In this document: positions 34,636 through 47,800 of the stretch, one piece after another
Numbering within the stretch: the stretch's first letter is position 1
Layout: each line of letters opens with the position of its first letter
From: Takakia lepidozioides
Taxonomy: Eukaryota; Plantae; Bryophyta
DNA length: 64,000 nt
Assembly (NCBI GenBank): GCA_030704615.1
Contig: CM060733.1
Span: 75,888,001 to 75,952,000, forward strand
Direction of reading: 5' to 3'
Notes under the pieces: model-generated
Told to the model about the DNA's origin: nothing
The model's database searches: none
The model's input: the letters and a program-made list of their open reading frames with translations, nothing else
Translations under genes and position numbers: made by a program

Positions 34636-34921
34636 TTAATGATCATGTCCACAAGGCCTATATTCCAAAAAAGCGCCAAGGTCAGTGATACTTTCACACT
34701 TGATCACATTATATGCCAAGTTGTGTTGGTGTGGGCATCATGTGTTGAGGGTGTAGATTTTTCAGAGTCTCTCTCTCACATACTCGGAACCTTTTGCCAC
34801 TTCCTTTCTGTGGCTCACTCTGCTACATGCTCTTTTACTTTGGGTTGTCATTTAGAAGTGATTGGATCTTTTCTACATGCAGCAGAAGAAACTCACTATT
34901 AAGATCTGTACAATGAGTCCT

Positions 34922-35325
34922 AAGCATGCAAACAGGGCGCTTTGAATTCAGGGCTGGTCGAACCCTTTTTGGGTAAAAACAGTGCTAGCTGCCATGATGC
35001 AAGTTCAAGGGCAAGCTAGTGACGGAGTCCACCTGAACTCTTCTGGATTTTGCGGGGATGTGAGGAGTCTATATCATGCAGGACAACTGAAAGAGGCACT
35101 GCACATGGTAAACGAACACGGGATTCCAGCAGATACCAATACTTATGTCTCTCTCTCATGCGGGAGTGCATTAAAATTGACGACCGTGACATGGGAAAAC
35201 AGGTGCACACCCATGTTATCCAGAGAAGATACAAGCCAAATATCTTACTACTCAACACCCTTGTCAATAAGTATGCCAAGTGTGGAAGTGTGGCGGAGGC
35301 ACGCCTAGCGTTTGACCAAATGATG
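34922..35325 (+). pseudogene. PPR (PLS-type) gene fragment preceded in frame by the tail of an OSB-type PDF motif
   Basis: KHANRAL*IQGWSNPFWV...GDVRSLYHAGQLKEAL...GIPADTNTYVSL, then a frameshift to MRECIK...GKQVHTHVIQ...PNILLLNTLVNKYAKCGSVAEARLAFDQM. Confidence 0.75.
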
Positions 35326-35687
35326 TGCAGTTCACATGGCAGGACCAGGAGGCATTGCCACAACCTCCCCTACCTTTAAGTCGCCTCCTGTTCCTTGCAA
35401 TCTGTCACCAAGTCCTCTACACTAAGGTTCCCATTGATTTGACTGTTGCTCTTCAATGCTTTTAGTTTGACTGCTGATCATCACCTGGGCAGCACTTCCA
35501 TTAGAATTTGTCACCAACTCCTCCCCAATAAGGTTTTTCCATGACTTGCTGGTGCTCTTTGATGATCACACTTCAAACTGCAGTATTCACTGTTGCATTC
35601 AATGACAAGATCATTTCTTTCAAATTATTCTCTGCTTACAATATATGACCCTGTCTGACGCAATATCTCTCATGCATGTTGCTTGCT

Positions 35688-37875
35688 TCACCAGTAATCC
35701 CCACAAGAACAAACCCTGTCTTGGAAGTGGTGAAAGCGATTTGTACTGCTCGCCCAACTATCTTTGAGATGAACTTGGTGGCAGTGTGGCAGTCACCACA
35801 CATCCGAAGGTTTATGATGACCCAGGGGGAGTGTGTTTATGAGCCAAAAACCAATGGCCAACTTCTCTCTATGGTAGTAAAGAGAAATTTCCTTTTGCTC
35901 CTCCTTCACATCATGCAACACACACGTGTGTCGGGCACATAGCCGGCCTCTTCCAACTGCTGTGACAAACTCTTCAGCTTAGCTTGAATTTCTCCAATTT
36001 GTGGATGCAATTTGTCTTCAACAAAGAATGTATGCACCTCATTGTTTACCTCAATGCAACTGCGGCCTGGCTTCTTTCTAAAACCTCTGTTCTTCATCAC
36101 GCTTCTCACCTTTGCTTGATCATCCCACCGTGCAGCTGCAGCATAGATGTTTGATAGCTGGACATAAGCTCCATCATGCTGTGGATCACACTTGAGGAGG
36201 CATTTTGCGGCATATTCTGCTAGCTCCACATGGCCATGAATTCTGCAGGCACCCAGCAAAGCACCCCACACTGAAGCGTCTGGTTTGATTGGTATTTTAC
36301 TAATGAAGTGCTCTGCCTCATCCAGTCGCCCTTCACGACCAAGAAGATCCACCATACAGCCAAAATGCTCCAGCGTAGGAGTAAGCCCATGCTCTGGACT
36401 CATTGAATCAAAGTAGAGCCAACCTTCATCCACTAAGCCCGCATGGCTACATGCAGAAAGAAGACATACAAAGGTGATACAGTCCGGCTTTAAGCGCTGT
36501 TGCATTTACTCAAATAGTTGGAGGGCCTCCCTACCACACCCATGCTGAGCATATCCTGCTATCATTGCATTCCAAGAGACCACATTTCATTGAGCCATAT
36601 TGTCAAACACTTGACGTGCATCCTTTATGCTTCCACATTTGGCATACATGTCAGTAAGGGCAGTCTCCAGAATAATATCAGGTGCAATTCCAGATTTCAT
36701 GATGTCAACATGAACGTCTGTACCCTTTTCCAGGGCTCCTAGGCTGGCACATCCATTGAGAATACAAAAGAACGTCCTTGTTGGGTGTCACCCCTTCCCG
36801 TTTCATTTGCTCGTAGATATGGAAAGCCTCCATACCACACCCATGGTGGGCATATCCTGAGATCATGGCATTCCATGAGGCAACATTTCTTATAATACTG
36901 TCAAACACATGCCGTGCATCCTCCACCCTCCCATATTTTGTATACATGGCAGCAAGGGCAGTCTCTATAATGATATCTGGCCCAATACCAGCTTTTATGA
37001 TATTAGCATGGACCTCTTCACCCTTTTCCAGGGCTCCTACAGTGGCACATGCATAAAGAACAAAAATGAAAGTTATGTTGTTGGGCGTTACCCCTGCCTG
37101 TTGCATTTGCTCATAGATCTCCAAAGCCTCCCTACCACACCCATTCTGTGCATATCCTGTGATCATCGTGGTCCATGAGATCACATTTTGTTCAGCCATA
37201 TTCTCAAACATAGGCGTGCATCCTGTACACTCCTGCATTTTGCATACATGTCAGTGAGGGCAGTCTCCAAAATGATATCTGGCACAATCCCTGCTTTTAT
37301 GATGTCAGCATGAACCTCCTGGCCCTTTTCCAGGGCTCCTAGACTGGCACAAGCATTAAGCACACAAATGAACGTGACCTTGTTGGGTGTCAACCCTTCT
37401 CGATCCATTTGCCCATAGATCTCCAAAGCTTCCCTACCACACCCATGTTTGGCATATCCTGATATCATTTTAGTCCATGTAAACAAAGTTCGGTCAGACA
37501 TTCTGTCAAACACTTGCCGGGCATCCCACACGCTTCCACACTTGGCATACATATTCACAAGGGTGTTGAGTAGAACGATGTTTGGCTGAACCCACTTTGG
37601 ATAATATGGGCATGAACATGCTTTCCCTCTGCTAGGTCTTTCATGTGGATGCACTCCTGCAAGACACCAACATATGCATTGGAGTCTGGCGGAATGCCTC
37701 GTTGTTTCAAAATAAGCAGCACCTCTTTCAATCGTCCTACCTTAAGTACTCTACCCACATCCCCATTCGTGTGGGAAAAGTTCTTGTTAACTCCCTTTTT
37801 CGGTATAGTGACAATGGTGGGGGTGCCACCCTTTCCACCAGGCTGATATCCAACAAACCATTCCGCTCCATGCAA
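35688..37875 (-). pseudogene. PLS-E-DYW pentatricopeptide repeat (organellar C-to-U editing factor type) gene with several frameshifts
   Basis: P/L/S triplets (WTKMISGYAKHGCGREAL, TFICVLNACASLGALEKG, TALTDMYAKC). E domain WGALLGACRIHG...YVQLSNIYAAA. PG box KPGRSCIEV. HRE in place of HSE, CGDC, terminal FHHFQDRVCSCGDYW* at 35688. Confidence 0.92.
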
Positions 37876-38874
37876 TCCTGCTATCCTGCATGACTCAAAC
37901 GCCTAGTTAGAAAACTTTTCACTCACCTTCGCTCATATATCTGAAAGCTCCTACATGCTAAAAAGAAATATCTCTCTATGAAAACAGGAATCCTGCTAAT
38001 GTAAACAGTGTTACAGTACTACAGTCATATACTTTCGGAAAACTGTACCACTTGTAGTTCTTTGAGGTCGACCCTTGAATCATCACCGAAACAATACCGA
38101 TTGTTTTCTCTGGACGAAGCTGCATAGTGTACGTCGACATCATACACATCACCAGATTGTGCTCGACCTTCTGCCATGGCAAATGACGCTGCTTTCACCG
38201 AAGGAGAGTTTGAGCAACCCTGCATCCAAAGGACCTCCTTGGTGCGGCTTGTGTCATAAGTCCGGTGATCTTGGGCTTTTCTGCACCCCATCTACGACTA
38301 CCAAAGTTCCATAAGTCTTTCAAAACACACGGAATAAAAACCAACTGATACTGAAGAGCTTTCTGGTGCTTTTGCACAGTGATTGAGAGCAACAAGACAT
38401 ACAATCCGCTCCACAGTCACAGGTCACAAACCTGCCTAGACATAATCTTTCACGTCCTCAATGAAGGGTCAGAGAATAACTGCTGCCATAGCCGCTCATT
38501 GTTCATTGCTTTAGTCTTAACTCTTAACCCGCAGACCAAAATCTGCGAGATCAGATTCCCTGAGTTTGAATACCTATCGTGTGAGAGAAACAAATCCCGG
38601 GTTGTGCCAGTGGAAGGGCACATCCCGGTTGTGCAGGAGCGCGTTCCCAACGGTGCATGCGCGCCTCCCTTGGGCTTGAGTGCTGTTTGACGTGTCAGAA
38701 GCATCTCCGCCGTCTTCTTGCATGGTTGCCCGTCTGGTCAAGGTCGCAAGTTTTGTGGGGGCCTGGGAAAATTTTGAAAGAGTTTATGTGGGCAGGCAGC
38801 AAGAGCGGTGTTGTCTGCAAGTGCAGATTTGAAGCTGGCAGAAGCACTCTGTTAGAAATTTGGAGAGGGGAGGG

Positions 38875-40704
38875 ATGAGGAATGATGTGGCACTGTCCTT
38901 TGATGGTACAGATTGGTATAGAGGGGGGACACATCAAATGCTTGTGAGTCATGTGCAGCCTCAAAGCCGATCGGCTGCAGTCTCGGTGGGGAGTGGACCC
39001 GTTGGAGGGACTGGGCTTCCGTTCATGTCCTTTGATCTGAGTTCTGGTTCTACGTTACCACCGCCGAGAGTGGGTGCATATGGAGGTAATGGTGGATTTG
39101 GTGCGTTTGAAGATGAAGCCCCTCTTCTCGAAGGTGGGTGATTTCAGGTCCTTCATTCATTCCTCTTTCTTCCTTCCTCCAGCTTTGTGGTAGCGCAGAA
39201 GCTGTAATAAGCAGGGCATTTTTTAAGGTCATTCACTAGCCATAGTATAGCTAAATCCAGGGCAGTAGTCACTAATTATGTTGAAATCACACGGACGATG
39301 TGAACTACATGGAGCCTATCATCCCCCAGCAATCCGTACAGAGAAGCCCTGCATGAAACAATTATGTGGATCATGGATATACGCTTGCCACAATCTAGTT
39401 CTACGAAGTAAGATGTCGCAAGGCTGTGGTACTTCGTTTTTTAAAGTTAAGATTATCAGCCAACTTGGCATCTGGTTTATTGCCTAAGACCGGTGGTACT
39501 CTGGCATCGTTGGGTGCTTGTATTCTCTGTACCTCAAAGTGACCTGCCACAGTTGGTAGTGAGTAGCTCCTTACTGATAAGTCCATCAACGATCTGTTGT
39601 CAGCTCTCCTCAGGTGCTTAGGGCCAGCACAGTGACGCCATCCGGTTTATACATACTGCTTTGTACTGCTCCGATTGCAGAGACAAAGAAGCATGACACC
39701 CAGTATCTTTCTGACCCATTAGGGCGCTATTGCCTGTTTAGGGATCAGCACTTTTAGTGGTCGCGTAAATTCAGTTGGGACTTTTTTGGTTCCTCAGTTC
39801 AGAACCTCCCCTCTCTGTCTGTACATGAGGCATTGTGGTCTATCTTCCAATTTGTTTCAGACTACATGAATAAACCTGTTGTGAGACAAGAAGCTGATAT
39901 TGACAGATTGGGGTGTTGTTTGGCAGAACTTGGGATCAACATCCCACAAATTGCACGGAAGATGCTCAGTGTCCTTAATATATTTCGAATGAATCCCGAT
40001 TTGCATGAAGATGCTGATCTTTCAGGGCCCTTCATATTCTGCGTGTTGTTTGGAGTATGCCAGCTTCTGGTGGGGAAATTGCATTTTGGAGTCATCCTAG
40101 GATGGACGACACTGGCATCATTGTTTTTATACATGGTGTTCAACCTGTTGGCTGGCAGCAATGGTAGCCTAGAGTTGTATCGCTGCGTCAGCTTAGTTGG
40201 ATACTGTTTAATACCGATGGTGCTCTATTCAGCGTTATCGATATTTGTTCCCAGCAGGTAAGCGTCATCTCGGTCTGAGTTGCTATGGTGAAGCTGTGCT
40301 GGACAGGCAGGTAGATCGGAGGTTTCCTTTGTTGGTCTCTCCTGTGTGTAGTTCTTACACATAGAGCTATGAACCCCCTGTGTGGCAACTAATCAAGCCA
40401 TGTCTGCTGTGACACTGCCAGGGAGGGTTTATAGAAGCACTGCCATGTGCTATGAACAGGAAGGATGTTGTGCTTATTTTGTATATGGGAAATGCATCGT
40501 GTGGCCATGTGGTTATTTGTGTATTCATGGTTTTGCAGGGGAGCTGTAAAGTGTATACTGGCAGCCTTGACTGTGCTGTGGTGCACGAGATCCTGCACGC
40601 GCTTGATCACTGTTCTGGTACCCCATGCCGATGAGCACAGGTCATTGGTGGCCTATCCATGTGGTTTAATCTATACTGCCTTCTCTCTTTTGGTGCTGTT
40701 CTAA
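38875..40704 (+). CDS. Yip1-domain membrane protein (YIPF5/YIP1-like). Exons 38875-39133, 39927-40257, 40539-40704; 251 aa
   Basis: FEDEAPLLEELGIN...LHEDADLSGPF...LVGKLHFGVILG...CVSLVGYCLIP...WCTRSC...LVAYPCGLIYTAFSLLVLF. GT-AG introns give an intact 756-nt frame. Confidence 0.92.
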
Positions 40705-41439
40705 ATCTGTTATTGCAGAAATCCTGCAGTAAATCACACAGTACTCATTTGGAGCAGTTCCACAGTGCAACTCATCATTGCATGCGTGGGTCTTCCGTAA
40801 ATCATTCTCCACATAGTGGCCCACACAACACAGTGACTGCACAACTGGCCATCATCTGGCCACTTTCCGGTGAGCTTGCCCCTGCCAAATTGTGGAGGCG
40901 GTTCTTCTTTGCCATTAGATTGTCAAGCTGATGATAGTTGTGGTGTTTTCATGGCCTCTTCTTGTTCATGACAGTGGGGTCAGAAAGGGAGTTCGCTTAC
41001 GGTTCGATAGAATGGATGTCTGGTAGGATCCCCTTGTACAAAGCTTCCACTAGCGTGGACTGTAACAAAGCACACTTGTACACAAAATAGCTGCAACCAC
41101 AGACTTCAAGGTAACATAGCAGCTGGGTTCGATGGGTGTCATTGGAACTCCCAAAAAGCCAAGGCTTGTGTCAACTGTTGTATCAATTGAAGTGTATACT
41201 TGATTATGATTTACCCTATCCAAACTTCATATTGTTATCATGATATTTGTGGAAGAGTACATTCCAAGTGGTTTGTGATGAAGGAATTTTTAATTGGGGA
41301 GGAGAGAAGGACATTATATTTCCATGCATGTTTCTTTCAGTTGTCATGAGCAAGGAACAAAGAGGGTAATGCAGAGTTAGAGGTCTGGCAAGGGAAACCC
41401 ACATTTGAGGGGTTTTTTAGCAATGGATTCAATCAGAAT

Positions 41440-41994
41440 TCATGAGGACCTTCCCACCTCGCACCGTTCAGTTTTGCTCTATCGGCGCAACCCTAAAATA
41501 GAATACATCGAGTCACGGCGCATGAATCCTTCACCGCTCCCCAGCGATCTAACCTCCAGCGAGCCAGGTTTCCAAGGATCATCAACACCATGATGACATT
41601 GCATTCCTACTGGCAGCAACACAGATTACAAAGCTTTCAATCCTTTAACTCCCCCCCTTATCCATTACATTACCACCACTAAATCGAGCCTAAGCCAAGA
41701 TTAAGAGTCAGCATAACAGATCTCACATGACTCAGGTCTCCATATCTTGCATAGATCTTTCTTACTGCTCTTTCACCTTGCCCTAGCAAAGCATGTTATC
41801 TCGCTCGCAACCTCTGCTTTACCACTATTCACTCCCTCCCTATCTACTGTTAGCAAGTTCGCTACGGCCACGGGGATGTTCCCCCTTAGTAAGCCTTCAC
41901 GGCCTTTTGGGTGGTTATTTTTTCCACTAATGTGACATCTTCTTTTTAATTAATTTGACTAAAAGGGCCTCTGTCCCTTTCCAGAAAAAAAAAA
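41440..41994 (+). mobile_element. Possible 5'-truncated LINE 3' end with poly(A)
   Basis: C-rich degenerate sequence ending in an A10 tract; no recognisable RT motif. Confidence 0.3.
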
Positions 41995-42491
41995 TGGAGG
42001 CATTGCAACACCATGTGAAACAAACTCATTCAAATGAAGTGTACTGTCAATTCTCATCAGATGGAAAATGAGGGTCCACTGCTACTGGTATCGCGATCTG
42101 ATTCTGAGGCACTACTATCTATGAACACCCTAGCATTGTGGTGGGAACGAACAGTTCTGTCGTGGATGACCAGTGGGAGTGGCGAAGCAAGGAGACTAAA
42201 CTGCCGGGGCTGCAGCCTCCGCGTAATCCGGCAAACGGAATGCTTCTGGAGGACTTGGGAAAAGTATAGGTTTGCAAAAAAAAGTAGTATCCGCGTAGAT
42301 GGAAAATGGCTCCTGCAATACACCCAAAACGGTGAAATGTTAGAAGTGATGGGTGATTCAAGCAAGCTACGGTGGCTCAGAAAAGTTCACTCTGTGGCCT
42401 ACACAAAAAGTCCCAAGGTTTTGTACAATTTTGATTTATTGATTATGGTCGCTAGATTCATCCATGGTGAAAGATATAAACCATCTAAAGT

Positions 42492-44862
42492 TGACACTAA
42501 TAGACACTATGGCAATATTTTCACTTTTCTTAGTAAAAGATATTATTCTTATTTTCCTATTTTATTTTCTATATTTTATAGTTTCGTTATATCGCATAGT
42601 GGGACTCACGCTACTCTTCATCTGGGGTGCACTTGGCTTGACTTAATATATGAGTGATGTTTTCATGTGCAAGTATGTGAATTTGAGAGAGCTTGTATGC
42701 TTGTATCCTTCTTCCTTTATCACTCGAGAAAGATGAGCTCGAGTCTGTGAGTGCCAGGTTCGAGTTGTTTTGTAGCACTTGTGTTTTCAAACCATGAAAA
42801 GCGGTTTAGCCTAGAGTGCAGGACCCGTGCATGAGCCTATCCAAAGTGGATAGAGGGCAAAGGCGAACAGGTTGCAGGTTTGCAATGGATAGAGAGGCGG
42901 GCAGCCTATGTTGAAGAGCGGCGTTGCATAGCTCAGCGCTATGACAACCAAGTTTGGGCTTCTAGTGTGAAGCGGAGGAGATGCTGGCCACGAGTGGGCG
43001 AACTGGTGGTCGTCTTCTTCAGTTGCAGGCCGAGTTAATGAGCTGCAGAAATATGGGTTGCGCATGGAAAGCTAGCATGTTGCAAGTTAGAGATGATATG
43101 ATCAGCTTCAGGTATTTCTGCCCGAAACTAGTTGTTGCGGGTAGATGAAGAGCAGCCAAATGGTGGAGCTGCAAGGGGATGCATCACAGCCCGTTGGGAG
43201 CTTCAGCTCCAAGCTCATGAAGAGGTATGAGTGAAGAGAGGGGGCTGGTCCCTCTTGTGTGCAAATCAGTGCACTTGTGAAGCATGTGCTGAGTTGGAGT
43301 TTCAATCTGAAACTCAGCAGTGTAAGGGGCTCTTAGAGTGGCAACAGCGGGGCTGGAAGGGCAGCAACGAGGCGCCCTAGAGCCAGGGGATATGCATGAG
43401 AAGTGCAGGTGCACCAAGTTTGTAAAGGTGTGTATTATTCAGATTCGTTTTTGTGAGCTTCATGAAGAAAGGGAGCTTGTTGGGCAGCATATTGCTTGCT
43501 TGTTGAGTTTAGGGCACTTCTAGTGGGCCGTGAGAGCTCAGGAGTGTAGGGCAACGGGGCTGATGGCTCCGCAGAAGCCATAGCTCAGCGGCAGCAGGTG
43601 TAGGAGCAAACCCCAGCTCGGGGAGAGCTCAGGAACGCGTGGGAACGCCTCGGGAACGCCTCGGGAACTCGTTGGGAGTTCCAGGGCACGCAGGGAATAG
43701 TGGCCGTGATGGGCCGTGGGGGTGGTATCACGAGATACCACGAGCCCAGGCCATGACCGTTGACCGTGACCGTTGACCGTGACCGTTGGAAGCCGTTGTG
43801 TGGACACAACAGGTTGGCACGGTGACCAGATCATGGGGATGGCGGGCCGTGAAGGCTCGTGGGCATGGTACCACGGGGTATCATGGGGCAGCCCGTGGCC
43901 AACGAGCGCCTAGGGCAGGCCGTGAGGAGTCGTGGCGGTTGGAGCCACGGAAGGCCGCGAACAAGCAAATTGAAAAAAAAAAAAAAAAAAAAAACTTTTT
44001 TCATTCGTTTCGTGGGACCTTGATGGGGAGGCTGGGCTGTGTAGAACAACGGTTTTGAGCTAGCTGATCCGGCAGAAAAGTCGGAATTGCCTCCCTGTTG
44101 TGTTTTAACAAAGGGGATTACTTCCCTGCAGGTAATCTTTTCGGGTTTTCAGCCCAATTCTTCACTATGGGGGAGACCAGCCTGCAGGTAATTCCTTTGG
44201 ACAGAATGTTGTTGGGGCCTATATGTACCTCTATTTGCTCCATTTTGAACCTTCAGTGAACAGCGTGGTTTCCTGAGGTGGTTCCATTCTGAGGAATGGT
44301 TGGTGGACGTAAGGATGCACTGGCGGACCCTATGGAGGCTTGTATGGGGCCTTGGAGGCCAAGTTTCATGAGCTCGTGGAGGGCAGTTTGAGGAGTGTCT
44401 ACAGGATGCTCTCATGGGCATGCAAGTGAGAGAAGAGAGGAAAAAAGAGGGTGTTGGGATGAGAGCGTGCTGGGGATAGGCATTGCTTTAGTTTCCCTTC
44501 CTCGTAGCTTTCCACCTTCCCTGTAGGTCGAGACCTTTCTGTAGGTAGAGGCAAGAGTCAGTCCGAGTTTGGGCTGGGTTGCAGGAGCGACACTGTGGAG
44601 TATTTTTGGTGTAGGGGAGTTGTTGTTTTCATTCTTGTGTTTGGATCCCCTCCACACCTACATGCTTGATTGTGCGTCATGCTAGTTTTGTGTGGGCGCT
44701 TGATTTTATAGGTGGTTGACTTGGGCTTGATCGCCGATCCAACCCTAGAGCATGCTGTCGATGGTGAGGTTGGGTTGATGACCAGTCAGACCATCTTTGT
44801 TTCTCCTGTGGTGAGGTTGGAGGTAATGACCAACCAACCATGGGAGTGCCTGCGGTAGGACA
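42492..44862 (-). mobile_element. Putative long LTR (solo or truncated) abutting the gag of the downstream gypsy
   Basis: The reverse complement begins TGTCCTACCGCAGG (44862) and could end ...GTGTCA (42492). Non-coding, with short GC-rich repeats (gaccgttgaccgt, gggaacgcctc). Flanks do not form a TSD. Confidence 0.45.
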
Positions 44863-44880
44863 AGTAAAACTGAGGATGAA

Positions 44881-47800
44881 GTGTATGGAAGTTTACAACA
44901 GTTAAAGCAAAAGAAGCATGAAACTGTTGAGGAGTATATGGAAAAGATGGAATTGATGATGAAAAAGCTGGCTGCTATACCAGCACCAGGTTTACATAAG
45001 ACTTGGTTTGTGAGTGGACTAAGACCAGAGTTGCAAAAGAAAGTGGATATGTTACCCCATAATACAGTGGAGGAGGCATTTGAAACTGCAAATAGAATTG
45101 AGCAATTGGGAATGCTCAGGAGAGAGAAAAGGGATGATGAGGACTCTGAGGATGAGTCAGATGAAGAAGAAGAGCAAGAACTAAAAAGGAAGAGTAAGAG
45201 AAAGGAGAAGTTGAAGAGGGATAACTATGAGAAAAGATTAAAAGAAATCTTGAAGAAGTATGCCACAGAGGCTGCAACACATTGGAGGAAGGGTGTTTGG
45301 TGTGCAAAGTGCCAGAATGAAGGCCATACCACCACTGAATGTCACATGAAGGAGAAACACTGTACTATCTGTAAAATGGATAACCATTCTACTGAGAATT
45401 GTTACTACAACAGAAAGACAGCTGCAAGAGAACCTAGGCAAGTAAGGGTGCATCAAGTGCAGCCCCAGCCAAGAAGAAACAATGATCAGGACCACTATGG
45501 TAGGCCTGGTGGTTATAACAATGGCATGGAAGGGAGAGGTAACTCAAGAGGGAATTACCAAAGAAATTCCAGAGGTAACTATCAGGGTAATCCAAGGGGG
45601 GATTACCAGCCAGGGAATCAGGATTACAGAAATAATCCAAGAGCAGACCAAGGGCGAGGACCCAATGGTGAAGAACTGTGTTACTATTGTAATCAGCCAG
45701 GACATCGCAAGGCAGCCTGTTCATTCTGGATTAGACACCAGAATGAGATGAAAGCTCCTGTGAATGAGGGCCCAGTGGTGGCAGCTCACATAGTTAGGCC
45801 ATGTGTTGTACTAGAAGTAAGTACAATGATAGTAACAAGAAGCAAAGCCAAACTAATATCTCCAGTAGTTGAGGAAGATGATGATAATGAAGGTGGCAGT
45901 GATATGCCTGAAGATGATGAGGCTTGGACAGATGAGAAGGAACTGCACAAGGAAGTGGCAGATACCATAAGGGAAATGCAGAAGAGTACTGATATTCCTG
46001 TGGCAGATTCCTCTGATTCGGATGGAGAAGAAGAAGTGAGTGAGGATGAAAGGAAGAAAGAAGCTGCAGACATGCAAAGTAATGAAGGGACTTTGGCTGA
46101 AGTAATATGCCAGACCAAAGCAGAGATTACCATTGGATAGCTATTGGCTGTGACACCTTATTGAAGACACAGGCTGTATCAAGCAATCAATCGAATTGCC
46201 CAGGAGACAGGAAACACAGACCTGAACAGCAAGGTGACCAGTTATAATGTGAAGCCGGAAGGGCGAGAAACAGTCATGGACTTTGATGATTCTATGCCAG
46301 TAAGCCAATTGAGAATTGGAAGCACAGAACTAACTGATGTACTGATAGATGGAGGCTCTGGAGTAAATATCATGACAGACTAATTAAGAAAGAAGCTTGG
46401 TCTAAGTAACATGAAACCAGCCCCATTTACAGTAACAATGGCAGATCAAAGGAGTGTACAGACATTGGGATTGATAAGAGGAGTTAAGATACAGATACAG
46501 AAGATGATCTTTATGATCACAGTAACTGTGTTGAAGATAGATGAAGTCGTGGAGGCTTACTCCTTATTATTGGGACGTCCGTGGCTGAAACAGGCCAGGG
46601 TATTCCATGACTGGAATTCTCAGTTACTAACCGTGCATAATGGGATGCACGAGATACAAATTACCACAAGGAAATCTAGTAGATTACCTGCTACGAGAAG
46701 ACCTCGAGGGGTCAGAGAGTATGACTGGAGAGGAGGACTGGATGAGGAGCAGGAAGCTACCCTGTTTGCTGCACACCCAGAGTGGGAGCAGGTTGCAGAG
46801 ATGCGGCTGGAAGGCCTAAGTTGTTTAAGAGGTATCTGCTGTGGTGTAGTGTCAGCAACACCAATTGAAGAGGAAACCAGCAGTTACCCATCATATTTCT
46901 ATGAAGAAAAAGAAGAAGAAGTGGAAATCCTAGAGGAACCAGCCACTGTGAGTTTACAGGATGAAGTGGTGACTGGTTGGACAATCACAGCTGATGAGCA
47001 GGTGAGGGAAGTGAATGTGGGAACTAAAGAGGAACCAAGGATGGTGAAGGTAGGAGCTGATTTGGAGCCAGAATTCTTTGAAGAAGCTAAGAGTTTGTTC
47101 ATCAAATACAGAGATGTATTTGCTTGGAGCTACGAGGATCTAAAAGGGATACCACCTGAGATCTGTCAGCATAAGATTGAACTGGAACCAGGATCAGTAC
47201 CAATCAAGCAGGCAAGGTACAGAATGAATCCCAACTATGCACAGAAGGTTGGAGAAGAGATCAAGAAGTTGGCTGAGGCTAAGTTTATATACCCAATAGA
47301 GTATACAACTTGGTTGTCACCCATTGTGATAGTTCCCAAGAAGAATGATAAACTAAGAGTTTGTGTGAACTACAAGAAGCTGAATGCTTGTACGAAGAAA
47401 GATCCTTTCCCTTTGCCATTCACAGAAGCAGTATTGGACACTGTGGCAGGCCATGAGATGTACTCATTCATGGATGGCTTCAGTGGTTATAATGAAGTGC
47501 AAGTGGCAGAAGAAGACCAAGGAAAGACAGTTTTCATCACAGACTGGGGTGCTTATGCATACAAAGTCATGCCCTTTGGACTTTGTAATGCACCAGCAAC
47601 CTTTCATAAAGTGATAAGTGAATCTTTTCATGAGTATCTGGATGATTTCATGCAGGTGTTCTTGGATGATTTCAGTGTGTACAGCTCTAAAAATGAGCAC
47701 TTGCATAAATTGGAGTTATGTCTGGCCAGATGCAGGATGAGAGGTCTGGGCCTGAATCCAGAGAAGTGTACTTTCTGTGTGAACTCAGGGGTGCTTCTGG

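Noticed and set aside
37976-38330. Short minus-strand ORFs upstream of the PPR-DYW gene
   Set aside because: No recognisable homology; may be 5' exons or UTR of the PPR pseudogene.
42034-42657. 207-aa ORF, possibly an F-box-associated fragment
   Set aside because: No diagnostic motif, and the 3' part runs into AT-rich, LTR-like sequence.
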